NCBI GenBank assembly: GCA_049999805.1
Contig: JBNGIO010006337.1
Coordinates: forward strand, 332,215 to 395,159
Length of the DNA stretch: 62,945 nt
Reading direction: 5' to 3'
From: Folioceros fuciformis
Taxonomy: Eukaryota
The stretch's first letter is position 1. Each line of letters starts with the position of its first letter. Position numbers and translations under genes: made by a program. Of this stretch, positions 13,386-26,400 are shown piece after piece. The notes under the pieces are model-generated. The model searched no databases and had not been told where the DNA came from. It was given only the letters and a program-made list of their open reading frames with translations.

Positions 13386-13527
13386 CAAGGATGTCAAATT
13401 GACTGTTACAGAGGGAGGGTGCGAAAGGTCGGAGGATGCATATGTCTGGTACGTGCTTCGTGAATGCTTGCCAGTCTCCTTCCTCCGAGGTAGTCCAGGC
13501 GATCACTAGCACGTGAACGCAGCTCAA

Positions 13528-14556
13528 ATGGCGATAACTAGTGGCCTCTTGACAATGTTGCTTCTTGTCTTAATTTTCCATCTGGGTGCACAAGCTCGCT
13601 TGCTGGACTCGAAGGTCACAGGTTACGAGCCGGATGATTTGAAATTGAGTGAGAGCTTGGAGCGACTGTTTGATTCGTGGGCTGCACGCTTCCAGAAAAA
13701 CTACGTCAGCGAGAGTGAGAGGCGAGAGCGCTTTGAAATATTTCGGGATAACGTGCAGTATATCGATGCTCGCAATCACCAGATCAGTCACGTCTTAGGC
13801 TTGAATGAATTTTCGGATCTAACGTCTGATGAACATCGGTTATCATACACAGGGTACATAGCGCCGACAAACACATCATCAACAAGCACGAACTCGTCTC
13901 AAACTGCATATACCGCGACTTCCTTCACTTGGCAAAACCACGGGGTATTATCTAGTGTGAAGAATCAAGGCAGGTGCGGAAGCTGCTGGGCATTTTCTAC
14001 CACCGGAGCAGTAGAAGCTATATATTCCATCAAGGTTGGAAAAAGAGTGGCTCTTTCGGAGCAAGAGCTCATTGATTGCGTGAGTGATTGCTCTGGTTGT
14101 GGTGGGGGAAATATTCGGTCCGCCTTCAACTTCATACTCGGTAACGGTGGGATTGATTCGGCAACTGATTATAAATACTCAGCTTCAAATGGCGTTTGCA
14201 ACTCGATCAAGGAAAACGAGCGTACAGCTTCCATCACGGGATACGAGACTGTGGGGCGGAGCGAGAAAGCTTTGTTAAATGCAGTTGCCAACCAGCCAGT
14301 AAGTGTTGCGATTAATGGTGGAGGGAGGGATTTTCAATCGTACGCTTCCGGCATATTTACCGGCAACTGTGGGACGAACCTTGATCACTCTGTACTGGCA
14401 GTTGGCTGGGGAACATCCGGAGGAACTGATTACTGGATTCTCAAAAACTCTTGGGGCACGAACTGGGGAGAGGCGGGCTACATGCGTATCAAGCGGGTGA
14501 CAGGCTCTGACGGCTTGTGTGGCATGTACAAGGATGCCTCGTTTCCTACAATGTGA
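13528..14556 (+). CDS. Papain-like cysteine protease (C1A, cathepsin L-like) preproprotein with I29 inhibitor prodomain, intronless, 342 aa
   Basis: Signal peptide from ATG 13528; ERFNIN-type ERRERFEIFRDNVQYIDARN; GLNEFSDLT; catalytic QGRCGSCWAFS, LDHSV and WILKNSWG; ALSEQELIDC, GCGGG. No KDEL or granulin tail. Confidence 0.95.
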   Translation: MAITSGLLTMLLLVLIFHLGAQARLLDSKVTGYEPDDLKLSESLERLFDSWAARFQKNYVSESERRERFEIFRDNVQYIDARNHQISHVLGLNEFSDLTSDEHRLSYTGYIAPTNTSSTSTNSSQTAYTATSFTWQNHGVLSSVKNQGRCGSCWAFSTTGAVEAIYSIKVGKRVALSEQELIDCVSDCSGCGGGNIRSAFNFILGNGGIDSATDYKYSASNGVCNSIKENERTASITGYETVGRSEKALLNAVANQPVSVAINGGGRDFQSYASGIFTGNCGTNLDHSVLAVGWGTSGGTDYWILKNSWGTNWGEAGYMRIKRVTGSDGLCGMYKDASFPTM

Positions 14557-15966
14557 CTTGCAGGAGGAAAGGACACGGCTTCAAGATTTTCATTTACTGC
14601 TAGAGCCTGTGAGAAATTAGATCTATCTCCCAATGCAAGCAGAGGGACAGGGTAACGTGTGCGGTGTATCAATTGCGTAACAACTTCTATTTGTGAAACA
14701 ACTAGATAGAATAATGCTGTGTCTTTTATTGATATTATAGATAGAATATAATATTTATTTACATGGAATTACATACTTATAATTTTGTGGTATTTATCCA
14801 CCCTTCGAGGGTTAAGAAAGACCAGAGCAAGACTCTTCCTAAGGAAATTTTGACAAGGTGGCTTCATCTTCTCCTTGTATTCATTTTTCCAGAAGCTACT
14901 GTCACGATTGATATGTGGAAAACAACAAGGGCACGCTCGAGATAAGTGGAACAGACACGAGCTTCAAGCTTGAGATAAATTCTCCTTCAACTGCTTCTCT
15001 TTCATCGCCGTGGGAAACCCGGTTGTTGGTTGTAGTGGGGATGCAGCATAAGCTTTGCGTAGCACGGCATGCATTAGTCCTGGACCAGACTTCGAGATTG
15101 AGCAGTGGCATCCGACTTGGAATCTGGCAGAACAGTGCACTATTGTCACTGTGATGTGGTGCAACACTGCAGAGTGACGACATGAGTCCATGCATGCCCG
15201 CAGTGACTGAAACATACATGCGAAGGGCGATGTTGAAGGCTGAGTATGTATTTGCAGGCTGCAACATGAGGCCCATCTGTCGAATGGACCAACCGAGGAG
15301 GCGGGCCTCGTTCTGGCTGACCAGGCTACTTTTGCTTGGCCTCTGAAGGCCTGCACGTGGAAGCACTGGCGCAGTGACGGATGCGACAAGGGACTGATTG
15401 AGATGTCCATACTGTACATGGATTACAACTGTACACTTATGTCGGGGCATTGGCCACGGACTACAACTAGCGTCTGCCAGGATAAATTCCGGGAAAGTCT
15501 AAAACTGCTGCCCAGCTTTATCTGTCGACCGAGACGGACATGCGATTGTGCTGGCCAGGATATGCGAACATGCGGCGGCAGCAGCTGTTGCGGCATGGTG
15601 GGCGCTTGGACGAATCGGTCCTCCTGGAGCACATAATTTAGAACATGATGACAGCCCGTCGTGGCTGCCGTCAGGAAAGCACGGCCCTACGGATGCGACA
15701 TCATGGCACAAAGGAGAGACTGGTTAAAAGCTTCATCCCAGGAAATGCTAGTGGTGGGAAAGTACTTGCCGACTACCAGACGTGGAAATGGAGTAAGGCT
15801 TAGGATTCTTACCTTAGGTAGCTGAGGGGTTGCGTTGTGAAGAAGCGTATGATGAACTCCAGGCTGCTCGGCATGTGCACCAAATGCTCTACAGGAGGAA
15901 CTTACTCTTCTGCTACTCCTACCAAACCAAATCAACCCGACCACGAAACAAGAATCCCAGCAGCTT

Positions 15967-17637
15967 CTAATTCACGATGGGTGCCCTAGTGATGGACGTC
16001 TTCCTATGCGTGTGTCTCTCGTTAGGGTGCTCATATGGCACTGGCCAGGGCTGATTCCTCTCCTTGTCCTTGAACCTACCTCCCCATGCGCTGAAGGTGG
16101 CGCACATATCCGGGTTGTAGTCATGCAGCTGGTCGCAAGTCATAAGCCCAGGATCCGAGGGCATCTGTCTGCCGCTGTCCTTGCTCTTGCTGCTCTTGTT
16201 GCACTTACTGCACTTGCTGTTCTTGCTCTTGCTATCACCTGTTTCCGTGTTGCTGGAACTACTACTATTATTACTGCCACGCAGCTCTCCCTGATGCTTA
16301 TTCTGGCCACTAGGCTTAGAGGATGTTTGCTTTGAAGAAGTGTGCCCAGAAGGTGGAGTGCCCGAATGCGAGGACGTTCCTGACCCAGAACTGACATAGC
16401 TTTTGCTGCTTAACACAGATTTTGGCGAAGCTGGGCGACTGGCTCCAGATCTGTTGCTCTTGTCGGATCTTGGAGACAGCAGCTCAGACCTGGGAGACCT
16501 GCAGCCTGCTGCATCGCCTCTGCCCGCGCCGTCGCTTGCACAGGAAGCTCCGGAGGGGGGTAAGCTGGGCGGGCAGTCACGCCCATCCTTGCTCTTCCCT
16601 TCAGACTGGCAGCTCCCCGGGCCTGCAAGCTTGGGCTCCGATCTGTGGCTACCTCCAGTCTTGGCCACGCTATCCGCCTTCTGGCTCCCAATCTCGTGAC
16701 ACGCCAGTGGATTTCCTCCCCCGTTCTCACTTGCTTTGTGGCTCCCATTGCCGTGCGACCTGTGACTGTCACTACTCTCCGCACAAGCCTTGTGGCTTCC
16801 ATTTCCATGAGACTTCTGACTTCCATTCTCGCGATCGGCAATCTTTTCATCCGGCCTAGCATCAGATCTGGCAGACTTGGCAGCCGCATGTGCAGCCGCA
16901 GTCTTGGTTTGCACCGCATAGGGAGGGGTGGGCGGAGCACCCGTAGCAGGCCCGTTACCGCCACCCCGGGCCTTCAGTATCCTGTCCCGGTCCAGGCTGC
17001 TCATCCAGGCCTTCCCAACAACCATCTGGCTCCGCTTCTTGGCAGCCGCTGCGGCCAGATCCCTGGGACTGACGTGGTTGGGATTCACAGCGTACTCGTC
17101 CGCCGAGCCAGGGTACTTGGGATTCCGTTTATCCTCCGCCCAGTGGTGCAGAATGGACCTCCAAGAGGGGTCCCCGGGATACCTCATCGGATCCGTCACA
17201 AACGTGGCCAGCCTACCAAAATACGGAGTAGGACCATCCGTATTCCTGCCGTAGTGGGGGCAAGGGATGATGCGATGCTGCTCACTGACATCGGTGGCAG
17301 TTCTGCCGAACCAGCCGCCCGGCAAAGTGCCCTTCTTCTGGGGCCTGCCGAAGTTCTCGAAGAAGTCGGTGACGGAGCTGGCCTTCCTGTTGAAGCAGGG
17401 CACAGGTGCATTGATCAGTTCGGGACTGTAGGAGTGGGGAGGGGGCTTTCCCTGGTAGAATTTAGTGACCGACGTTGCCTTCCTGCCGAAGTATGGGGTG
17501 TGGAAGCGCTGGTCGAACGGCTCATCCTTGAACAGAAACGTTTTCTTGCGCTGGTGGTTGAAGTTGTTATCTGGCTTGGGCTTCAACGATTTGAGCCTCA
17601 CAATACTGCCCTGATGCTTTCTCATCACCTGATCCAT
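15967..17637 (-). CDS. Uncharacterised 556-aa protein: N-terminal (Y/W/C)F(G/N)RxA(T/S)xV(T/S) repeats, long Ser/Gly/Lys-rich disordered region, short structured-looking C-terminus
   Basis: Single ATG-initiated ORF of 1671 bp, GC-rich. Repeats PYFGRKATSVT, PCFNRKASSVT, GWFGRTATDVS, PHYGRNT, PYFGRLATFVT. No TE motifs. Confidence 0.75.
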   Translation of the reverse strand: MDQVMRKHQGSIVRLKSLKPKPDNNFNHQRKKTFLFKDEPFDQRFHTPYFGRKATSVTKFYQGKPPPHSYSPELINAPVPCFNRKASSVTDFFENFGRPQKKGTLPGGWFGRTATDVSEQHRIIPCPHYGRNTDGPTPYFGRLATFVTDPMRYPGDPSWRSILHHWAEDKRNPKYPGSADEYAVNPNHVSPRDLAAAAAKKRSQMVVGKAWMSSLDRDRILKARGGGNGPATGAPPTPPYAVQTKTAAAHAAAKSARSDARPDEKIADRENGSQKSHGNGSHKACAESSDSHRSHGNGSHKASENGGGNPLACHEIGSQKADSVAKTGGSHRSEPKLAGPGSCQSEGKSKDGRDCPPSLPPSGASCASDGAGRGDAAGCRSPRSELLSPRSDKSNRSGASRPASPKSVLSSKSYVSSGSGTSSHSGTPPSGHTSSKQTSSKPSGQNKHQGELRGSNNSSSSSNTETGDSKSKNSKCSKCNKSSKSKDSGRQMPSDPGLMTCDQLHDYNPDMCATFSAWGGRFKDKERNQPWPVPYEHPNERHTHRKTSITRAPIVN

Positions 17638-20600
17638 TTCCTACCTCGGGGCCCAGCCTGCCCCCGCACTAGCGCCGCTACCAATGTCCAGCCTAGCTCG
17701 CAACGGATCGAGTGCTCTCCGGATCCATGTGCAAAGCTTAGCACCCTCTGAATTCCTGGTCCAGGACTTCCTCCCAGCACAAATGTGTAGAAATTTCTAC
17801 CGCACCCAGTTCCACTGATGAGCGCACGCGCACCAACGAGTCCCCAGTTTCCTCCAGCCAGCCTCGAAGGCTCTGTCGGTGATGGCGAGCAGCGCGTGGA
17901 GCAGGGATTGCCCTGTTTTTTCTCGTCGCGCCCTTGGCTTTCGGCATTCCCGCAGGAGCGGGGGTAGTTGATGTCATAACCGCGCGAAGGCAGGCGAGGA
18001 GGGCAGGCAGGCAAGTAGCGACGCCGGACCCGCGTCAGCCGGCTCGGCCGGTTAAGCCGTCAGCACTCACAAATTCCCGTTCCGTTGTGTTGTGCTCACT
18101 TTGTCTACCGTTTCTTTAAATCAAGTCCGTTACCGGGCCTACCAAGGTCACTGTGACGGACACGCCTTAAGCCCTACGTAGGTAGGTCTGTTCCCTTGCA
18201 CTCCGCAGCTGGACACCATTTTGTCCAAGTTAGGGATTCCCTCGCGCTTCGCGCCTCGCGCCTGGCCTAGGTTATGGGCCAGCTCGTAGCAGCCTATCAT
18301 CCTTGTGCAGGAATTTTCTATCAAAGAACTCGCACTCCAGGGATTGCTTTCTCCTCTACTTAGGCAAATATGTGTCCACATCATATGCTCCTATTAAAGA
18401 AGTTATTTGATTGCGCTTCTATATCAGAGCTTGGGCATCATCAAACATTACCTATATCTTTATATGCCTATACCTAACTAGTGTTTTAACATGGCACAAA
18501 GTTCAGAGTTTCATTTGACACATTACTATACATTCATAGTATGTGTTGATCATTATGATTTAGGGTTAAGTCTGATTATATAAGTATATAGATTTCAATT
18601 AGAAATAAGTTAAAAAGACATCCCATTCATTAGGGTTACAACCTTAGATGAAGAGCTATGATGTTTAGTAATAGTTTTAAGTAAAGCCTAATTTTAGGAT
18701 ATTATGATTTTATTTTTTAGTACTTTCTTAAATATATATAAAAAATAATGTAATTACTCATTAATTATGATTAATTGATCTACATAAGCCAAAAACTAAA
18801 GATAGTATTCGAGAATGATTATACATATTACATCTAGATAGATTTACATCATTTTTGTTGATAAGAGGATGTGCACAAAATTATTTAGTGTTTAGGGTTT
18901 AGCACCTTGTACCATACCTCTACACGCCTCCTTAGACAACAAGGGGTTTTAGTTTTTTTCCTAGTGCACATGTGCAAGAGGGGAAAATGGAGACTTTATG
19001 AGGAGAAGAAAATGGGAAGAAATCTATCTATCTAAGAAATCGAAAGTGATGTAACAAACAAATGCAATATAGTATATGAATCAAATATTTTAACCACTAC
19101 TTGACTATAATATTTCCCTCTCATCCATCCCTTTTATATCTCTATCATATTTCAACAGTAACCAAGTACACTTAAGCTATATAGTATTGAAGTGTATTAC
19201 TAAACCATGGTTAAATCTAAAGGTGGTTGAAAATTTTGCTATGAGACTCTAACTCCCAATTCTTGAAGTATCAAAAGGTCTAAGGTTAATAATAAACCCA
19301 ATTCTATCCATTGGAACACCTTAAGATAATCAAAGATCATTCGGCTCATCCATTGAAGTATCCGACGATCTCGGATTAGTGTTTTCAGGTATTGGATTTG
19401 TTGTAGGTGGTGCAACATCAATGCTAACCATTGAATAATAAGACAATGGATTCGTCATTAACAATACAAAATCATGCCTAACCAGAATCGTAGCCCAAAA
19501 AGGTGGCCTCATTGTGGATGGTGCTATAACACTACAAACTATAGTACTATAAGGTGCTAGAATTCTCATGGCTTCTACCCTAGTATGATCAACCAAACTA
19601 AGTGCTTCTAGTACTAAAAAGCACCATTGTATGCTACAATACTTTCAAGCACTTTGTACAAAGTTTTTGTTGTTTCCTACACATCTCAAACTATTCTCAT
19701 CTCCTATTTTGATAAAACTGTGGCGGATGAATGAGGGTATAATCCACTCCATTTGCTACATAATCAGCTTTAATACCTTGTTCATAATGTTCACTCTAAG
19801 ATCTATAAGAGTCTGACTCTTGATTCCAAACCTTGTTGAACAAAGTCTGCAAATTTCCATGCATTTGCATGTATCTCCCGTATGAAAATCCTGCACACAT
19901 TCTTTGCAAGAAACCTTGGAATCCTTACATGTTGTTCAATATAAATTACATTTCATGTCATGTTTCTCACACTTGAAAAACTCATTTAGACCCTTGCACA
20001 CATGTAATAAGTCTTCCATCTTACATGGAAGTGCTATAATAAACAACCTTTAACTCTGGGATATAGAGCTATGGCTGATGCCCAACTTTGCCTCCCACTG
20101 GTATGCTTCTAACCATCTTTTTAAAAACTAGGATCACAACACTTCTTCTATTGCATGCATACTTGTAACCCAACTTCAACATGCTCACTAGTCCTAGAAA
20201 CCTAGTCCTCTTGTCAAATCTGAAAGTAATCTCATAAGGAGAGTACTAAGTCATTTTAATTACACTTATACTTATTCTTATATATATTTATTACTGTGGA
20301 GAGGCATATGTAAACTAAAATTTTTAAGTGTAATTAATGAGAAAATCAAGTGAACCTCTTATATTGTGGAGCACGATATGGATACCCATTAAAAACAGGG
20401 CTTGTAGAGAAACTTTGAATTTTTAATATATGATATAATATTTTATAATTATGTGAAAAAAAATACGATTTGTATGGCCAAGAGTATTGTATCCTTTGTT
20501 TGTTCAAGGGCATTGCTTCCCATAAACATCCTCCAAGTAGTTATGTTATGACTTGGACTAGCTATCCTCATATGGGACGTGAACATCGAGATTTCACTAA

Positions 20601-21482
20601 CTAATTATTCTGAGTGGTCTTTTGTTCATTTCTCATGGTGAGAGTTACAAAGGTTTTGCCTAACCACCTAAATTGGTTAACTAACTAGCTTACATGATTA
20701 AACTAAGTAAATTATATTGCTATTAACTCAAGTTAATACAAGTTACACATACTACATTCATTAATTACCTCTAAGTTCAACTTGGTAGCATAGAATCACA
20801 TCTATCAAGCATGGTCACGTGGTGTGGCTTACTTGCATATAGATAGTAATCAGTTAATAAATAAATTATACTGATAAACCTGATTAATGATAAATAATAT
20901 AATATCTAATTAATATAATTATTACAAGAATAAAAATAAAAACTAGATGTTGGCCTTGGAACTGATTTGTCTTTTGAGTCAGAGTCTTAGAAGGGATTTA
21001 ATACAACATATGAAAACAAGGAAACATGGTATTTTCTATTATTGAAAAAAAGATAGAAAGTTCCATCTACTCCAAAGACTTGGAGGAATAACCCGAGTAG
21101 GGCCAAAGGCAAAAAGGGGTACTAGCCCCGTCGAATATCATTCTCAAAAACTACTACTCCTCCCAAAATGTCATGATGTTGAATGACAAAAGGCCTACCT
21201 ACCACCGGTGCCGAAGAAACTGCTTGACCTCCGCTTGTTACTGTTCTAAAAACCGCATTGGCCAATGCTCGTTGCAAAGCAATGCATACTAATTGTGAAA
21301 AGAAAACAACTATAGAGGAAAGAGGGAGAACACCATTCCTATTGCTCTGATATACCTTGGCACACTCCTTGATAAACCTTGAAAAGTCCTTGCTCATAGC
21401 CCCATGAGTCTCAAGAGCAAGGGGGATGAAAGTATGCTCATCTTGCAAGGAAGAATACTTATGGACTTTGGCACTTGTACAA

Positions 21483-21657
21483 TGTTAAGATAACAAGCCC
21501 TGTCACACTTAGGGTTATATGTATTTAATTTAGATTAAATATGTTTAGTTAAAGTGAAGCAACATGACTCTAGGTCATGAATATTTAAACACATTTTTTG
21601 TATTGATTATATTATTGATTCAGTTTTGGCAACAATCGTTTTTGCACAACTTTCACA
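21483..21657 (+). repeat. 5' LTR of Copia element 1
   Basis: TGTTAAG...TTTCACA, matches 28043..28217. Confidence 0.95.
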
Positions 21658-21672
21658 TGGTATCGGAGAGCC
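21658..21672 (+). promoter_or_regulatory. Primer-binding site, tRNA-iMet type (degenerate)
   Basis: TGGTATCGGAGAGCC immediately after the 5' LTR; canonical is TGGTATCAGAGC. Confidence 0.8.
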
Positions 21673-21874
21673 TAGGTGGTGAGCGATGGCCACGCTGATC
21701 AACAGCAAGCCAAAAAGGAGAAAAGAAAAAGGAAAGCAACGACTGCGAGGAGGAAGGCACAGAATCCCTGTCCATCTGCTGTGGCAGGAGTCAGGACCCG
21801 AGCCTTAAACCTCCTCTGGAACGCACAACTTATGAGCCACTAGACCACACTTGGTTCCTGTGAGATGTGTGATT

Positions 21875-22940
21875 CTAGCAGGAGACTAAACCACACAAAC
21901 AAACAATGCTCCGGCACGGCTTCGGAGAGGATCTCCACCATGCCCCGGCTCGCATAGCAGGAGACTAAACCACACAAACAAACAATGCTCCGGCACGGCT
22001 CCGGAGAGGATCTCCACCATGCCCCGGCTCGCATCGCCTTTACGGCCTGTCACTCATATGCCCCTTCTTCGGACGGCGGCTCCGGGTGATGGAGGCGCAC
22101 AAGGCGACCAGGCGAGCGGCGCAGGAGGACGTTTTGTCGTGTAGGCTACCGTGCTCGGTGGGATTGAGCCCCGGCCAGGAGGTGGAGGACTTTGTGGCTG
22201 CCAGGTTGCATGCAACCGGGCAGGAGCCGGGATCAGTCAAATGCATTGCGACCTGCTTGGAGATCGGATGCAGGGCACCACTAGAGATGGCGGCGCCCCA
22301 TCCCCCTAGCCCTTCTGCTTCCGCTGCAAGGGGGGGAGGCCGAGAATCGAACTGGTGCGTTCGATCTGGCCAGGGCATCGGTCTCAGGCGGGCGTGCTTG
22401 GATGCTCCTGTGACGGTTAGGTCTAGGCTCACAGTTCTGGAATTGTGGTGCCCTCGAATTGTCCTCCGGACACACCGGGCAGGTGTGTCTTGTGCATACT
22501 CGGCAGGAGGGCACACTGCAGGAGGGCACACTGCAGGAGGGCACTCTGCTGGAGGGCACGCTGTTGATCACACCCTCTGATCCCGCAGCAGGAGGGCACT
22601 GTACTGGAGGGCACGCTGTTGATCATGCCCTCTGATCCAGCAGCAGGAGGGCATACTCTACTGGAGAGCACGCTGCTAACCACGGCTATAGGTGCTGGTC
22701 ACTTTGTGGTGATGCTCTGTTGATCACGCTGCCTAAACAGGATCTGATGCCAGGCAAGTTTTTTTTATGAGGAGGCATTTTGTTGCACGAACGAGCACTG
22801 TGTGATGTGGTTTGTGACTCTAGCTTGCGAACGAGCACTGTGTGATGTGGTTTGTGATTCTAGCTTGCGAACGAGCATTGTGTGATGTGGTTTGTGACTC
22901 TAGCTTGCGAACGAGCACTGTGTGATGTGGTTTGTGACAC
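21875..22940. repeat. Tandem repeats in the Copia-1 leader: ~78-bp x2 (21875-22035), 15-bp GCAGGAGGGCACACT array (22503-22680), 40-bp x4 (22789-22938)
   Basis: Directly visible repeats, e.g. GAACGAGCACTGTGTGATGTGGTTTGTGACTCTAGCTTGC x4. Confidence 0.9.
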
Positions 22941-23436
22941 TGGCTTGCCTCCTTTCCTTCACATGATGCACTGCTTGTTTGCTGTTTCGTTTTTTTTTCT
23001 TATCACGTCTTCCGCTGCTTTTTCTAACCTTGTGTGTGCGAGGAAGCATTGAGGTAGCTATCTTTCCGAGGTCGGGCAGATAACATTCTACCCTCCCCGA
23101 ATTGATGGCCACATCATAGCCTCCTGCACAGCAAGTCAGCTTAGTTAGCACATTTTCTTTTATATATGTATCTTTTTTTTCTTAAATAATAATTTCTTTA
23201 TTTATGGAAAATTATTTATAGAATTTATCCAGTTTTTTCAAACAAAAGGCACATATTTTGCTGCTTCTTCACCTAGCCATAGCCTAGTGGGAGATCCATC
23301 ATATGTCACATTTTTTGGAGATAGGGATTGTGGTTCTGAGCATGAAGAGGATTCAGGTTCGTGAGACGGCGATCCTCTCCTCGGGATACACATAAGCAAC
23401 ACAACACCATCACGTAGCACAAACACTCACGTAAAC

Positions 23437-26400
23437 ATGTCTGCCTCCTCTTCAATATCTGAATTAAAAGAAAAGGATAGATTTAATGGCACCCAATATC
23501 ACATTTGGCATGTCCGGATGAGGGCTGTCCTTGTAGCTAGGAAAGCGTGGACTGTGGTGGACGGGACCCATAAGGAGCCAACTGCAGCCGCCACAGGAAC
23601 TTCACTTTCAACTGCTCAACAAACCCTCCTGGACGAATGGACTTCAGACAACGACCTTGCTGTAGCACTCCTCATAAGTGGTTTGTATGTTGTTTTAATT
23701 CTAGATGTAGAAAATGTGCTCAAGGCTCATGAGATATGGGAGCAACTTGAGAGGACATAGCGAGTGCACAATAGGATGGCTCTTTGCGCTGCAAGGCAAG
23801 AGTTGTTTACCCTTAAGATGAAGGAGTCTGACAAGGTTGCAGTTTTTACGAGCAAGTTCAGACATTTACGCGCAGACACGGTATCTTTTGGTTCTACTAT
23901 GGATGAAGAGGATGCCATTGCGCAACTGCTGATTAGCCTTCCACCATCCTATCAAAATTTTGTGAGTATACAAAATGGTCCAATTCGCCCTACAGGTGCT
24001 GCGAACACATCCAACACTAGGACATTGGAGGATGTCATTGGGGCATTGTACCAGGAGGAGAAAGTCGGCAGCTTATGTCAGGTGGACATAAACACAAGAG
24101 TGAAAAGGTGATGGCTATGAAGTTCAAGCTGCACACAAACAAAGGGAAGACTCAAGGATCAGGTCAGCGTGCTAGTGACTCTGGATTTTCTTCCACTAAG
24201 AGGACAAGCAACTGTAATTGGTGTGGGATAGCTGGGCATTGGGCCCGTGACTGCCGCAAGAAGAAGGCAGGCAAGCCGCAGCGCCAGCACAAACCTACTT
24301 CCAGCATGGCAGTGAAAGACAAGTCTGGAGGTGACCACGATAAATCTACTGTGAGGATTTATATTGTTTGCCTGTCTTGCTCCACGAGGGATAGTATTAG
24401 TTGGTATCTGGACTCTGGAGCAACTACACATATTTGTATGGACGAGGACTAGTTTTCACATCTGCATCTGCTCAAAGTACCTAAGAAAGTGCTGTTGGGA
24501 GATGAGAGGACTGAGATTGGGTTGTAGATTAGAGGGCACGGGAGGTGTACCTTATCCTGCCGGACAATACAGAGCTTACTCTTGACGGGGTGCTGTATGT
24601 CCTGAGGATGGCGAAGAATTTGATGTCACTTAGCAGACTATTGAAGTCGCACGCTCTTCTTATGCAAGCTGATCAAGTGTCTTGTTCCTTTAGCAAGGCA
24701 GATTCACCTGGTATATGTGCCTTCGAAGGGGTGCTAGTCAACAACTTGTACAAGCTGAACATCAACTACAAGCGTGCTCATATAGTATGTTCTACAGGGA
24801 GTACCCACATGGACCAGAAGAAGCTGGCTGCTTTGTGGCATGCTCGCCTAGGACAAAACAACCGAGCAAAGCTGGTGGACATGTCCAACAAGGAATGTTT
24901 TTGAGAACCCCTGCCCAAGTGCTTCAAAGACCTTACAGTCTGCGAAGCATGCATTCTTGCCAAGAAGAAGGAGGCTCCTTTCCCTAATGCACCTGCACAT
25001 AAGGCATCACAAGTATTGGAGCTTGTCCATGCGGATATATCTGGGAAGATACAGGAGGCTTCACTTGGCGGATCTCGTTACTACTTTTGCTTGACCGACG
25101 ACTATAGTAGGTACTGGACCTTTCCTATGCAGTTGAAGAGTGATACATTCACTTGTTTCCAGGAATGGTTGCCTATTGCCCAGAGATAGTCAGGTCAACT
25201 TCTTAGAATGTTGTGCACGGACAATGGAACGGAATTTGTCAACGCAGCCTTCAACGAGTACTTGGCACAACATGGCATTCAACGCCAGCTGAGTGTACTC
25301 TATACTCAACAACAGAACGGAGTTGCCGAGCGCAAGAACCAAACCCTGCTAGGTATGACGAGGAGTATGCTACTTTGGGCAGGTCTTCCTCAAGGGTATT
25401 GGGCAGAGGCCGTAGTTGCTGCGGCGTACATCCTCAATCGGGTGCTCACCAGCGCTGTACATGGAAGGACACCATATGAGGTATTTTGGAAGCGTAAGCC
25501 TAGCCTACTTCATCTTCGAGTTTTTGGAGCAAAGGCATTCGCTTATATCCCTTCCGAAAAGAGTAGGAAGCTTGACATGAGATCTAAGGGCCTTGTTTTC
25601 GTCGGATACAACGAGACTGCCAAGGCATACAAGCTTTATGATCCGGTTACTCACTCTCTAACCTTAGCTCGTAGTGTCACTTTCATTGAACCTAGCTATG
25701 CTCATGGTGAACTGGCCACGTCAGTAGAGGGAGCAGCTCCATTAGCTTATTATGATGATGAGCAGGATACTAATCAGGTACCTGCGTATCCGCAGGATAC
25801 TAATCAGGTACCTATGTATCCACAAGATGATGAGCTACCAAATAACCCTCCGCCTATTTTAGATGCACAGGATGTCCAGCCTGCCTATGCACCCGTAGAT
25901 GAGCTGGCACATGAACACCTGAATGCACCAACTGTGGACAACAACCCTGCACATCACCGTGAACCTTTCATAGAAGATGCAAATCCTTACCCTCTTCAGG
26001 ATGACCATGAACCTGTTTTAGAGCCAAATGTCATGCCGCCACAAGTTGTAGAAGTTCCACCAGAGCCCGAGTTGCGCAGATCCACCCGCCATAGACTGCC
26101 TAGAGCCGAGTGGATCGAGCCCCCCTATGAGTCTATAGATTTCCGCAACACTTCCACATCACTTGCTGCTGTCATCCCTGATGAGCCAATCAACTTGAAG
26201 CAAGCCTTGTCAGGCCCTGATGGTGACAAGTGGCGTACATCAGTTGAGGATGAGTATCAGTCCTTGATCAAGAATAATAGATGGAAGTTAGTGGATTTGC
26301 CACTTGGCAGGAAACCCATCTCGTGCAAGTGGGTTTTCAAGCACAAACTCAACTCCAAGGGAGAGATTGCACGTTACAAATCCAGACTCGTGGCTAGGGG

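Noticed and set aside
16645-17751. 368-aa plus-strand ORF and other overlapping ORFs
   Set aside because: Antisense shadows of the GC-rich 556-aa gene; no independent motifs.
19200-20200. Possible DNA-transposon coding relic in the AT-rich region
   Set aside because: Too degraded; no motif, TIR or TSD could be identified with confidence.
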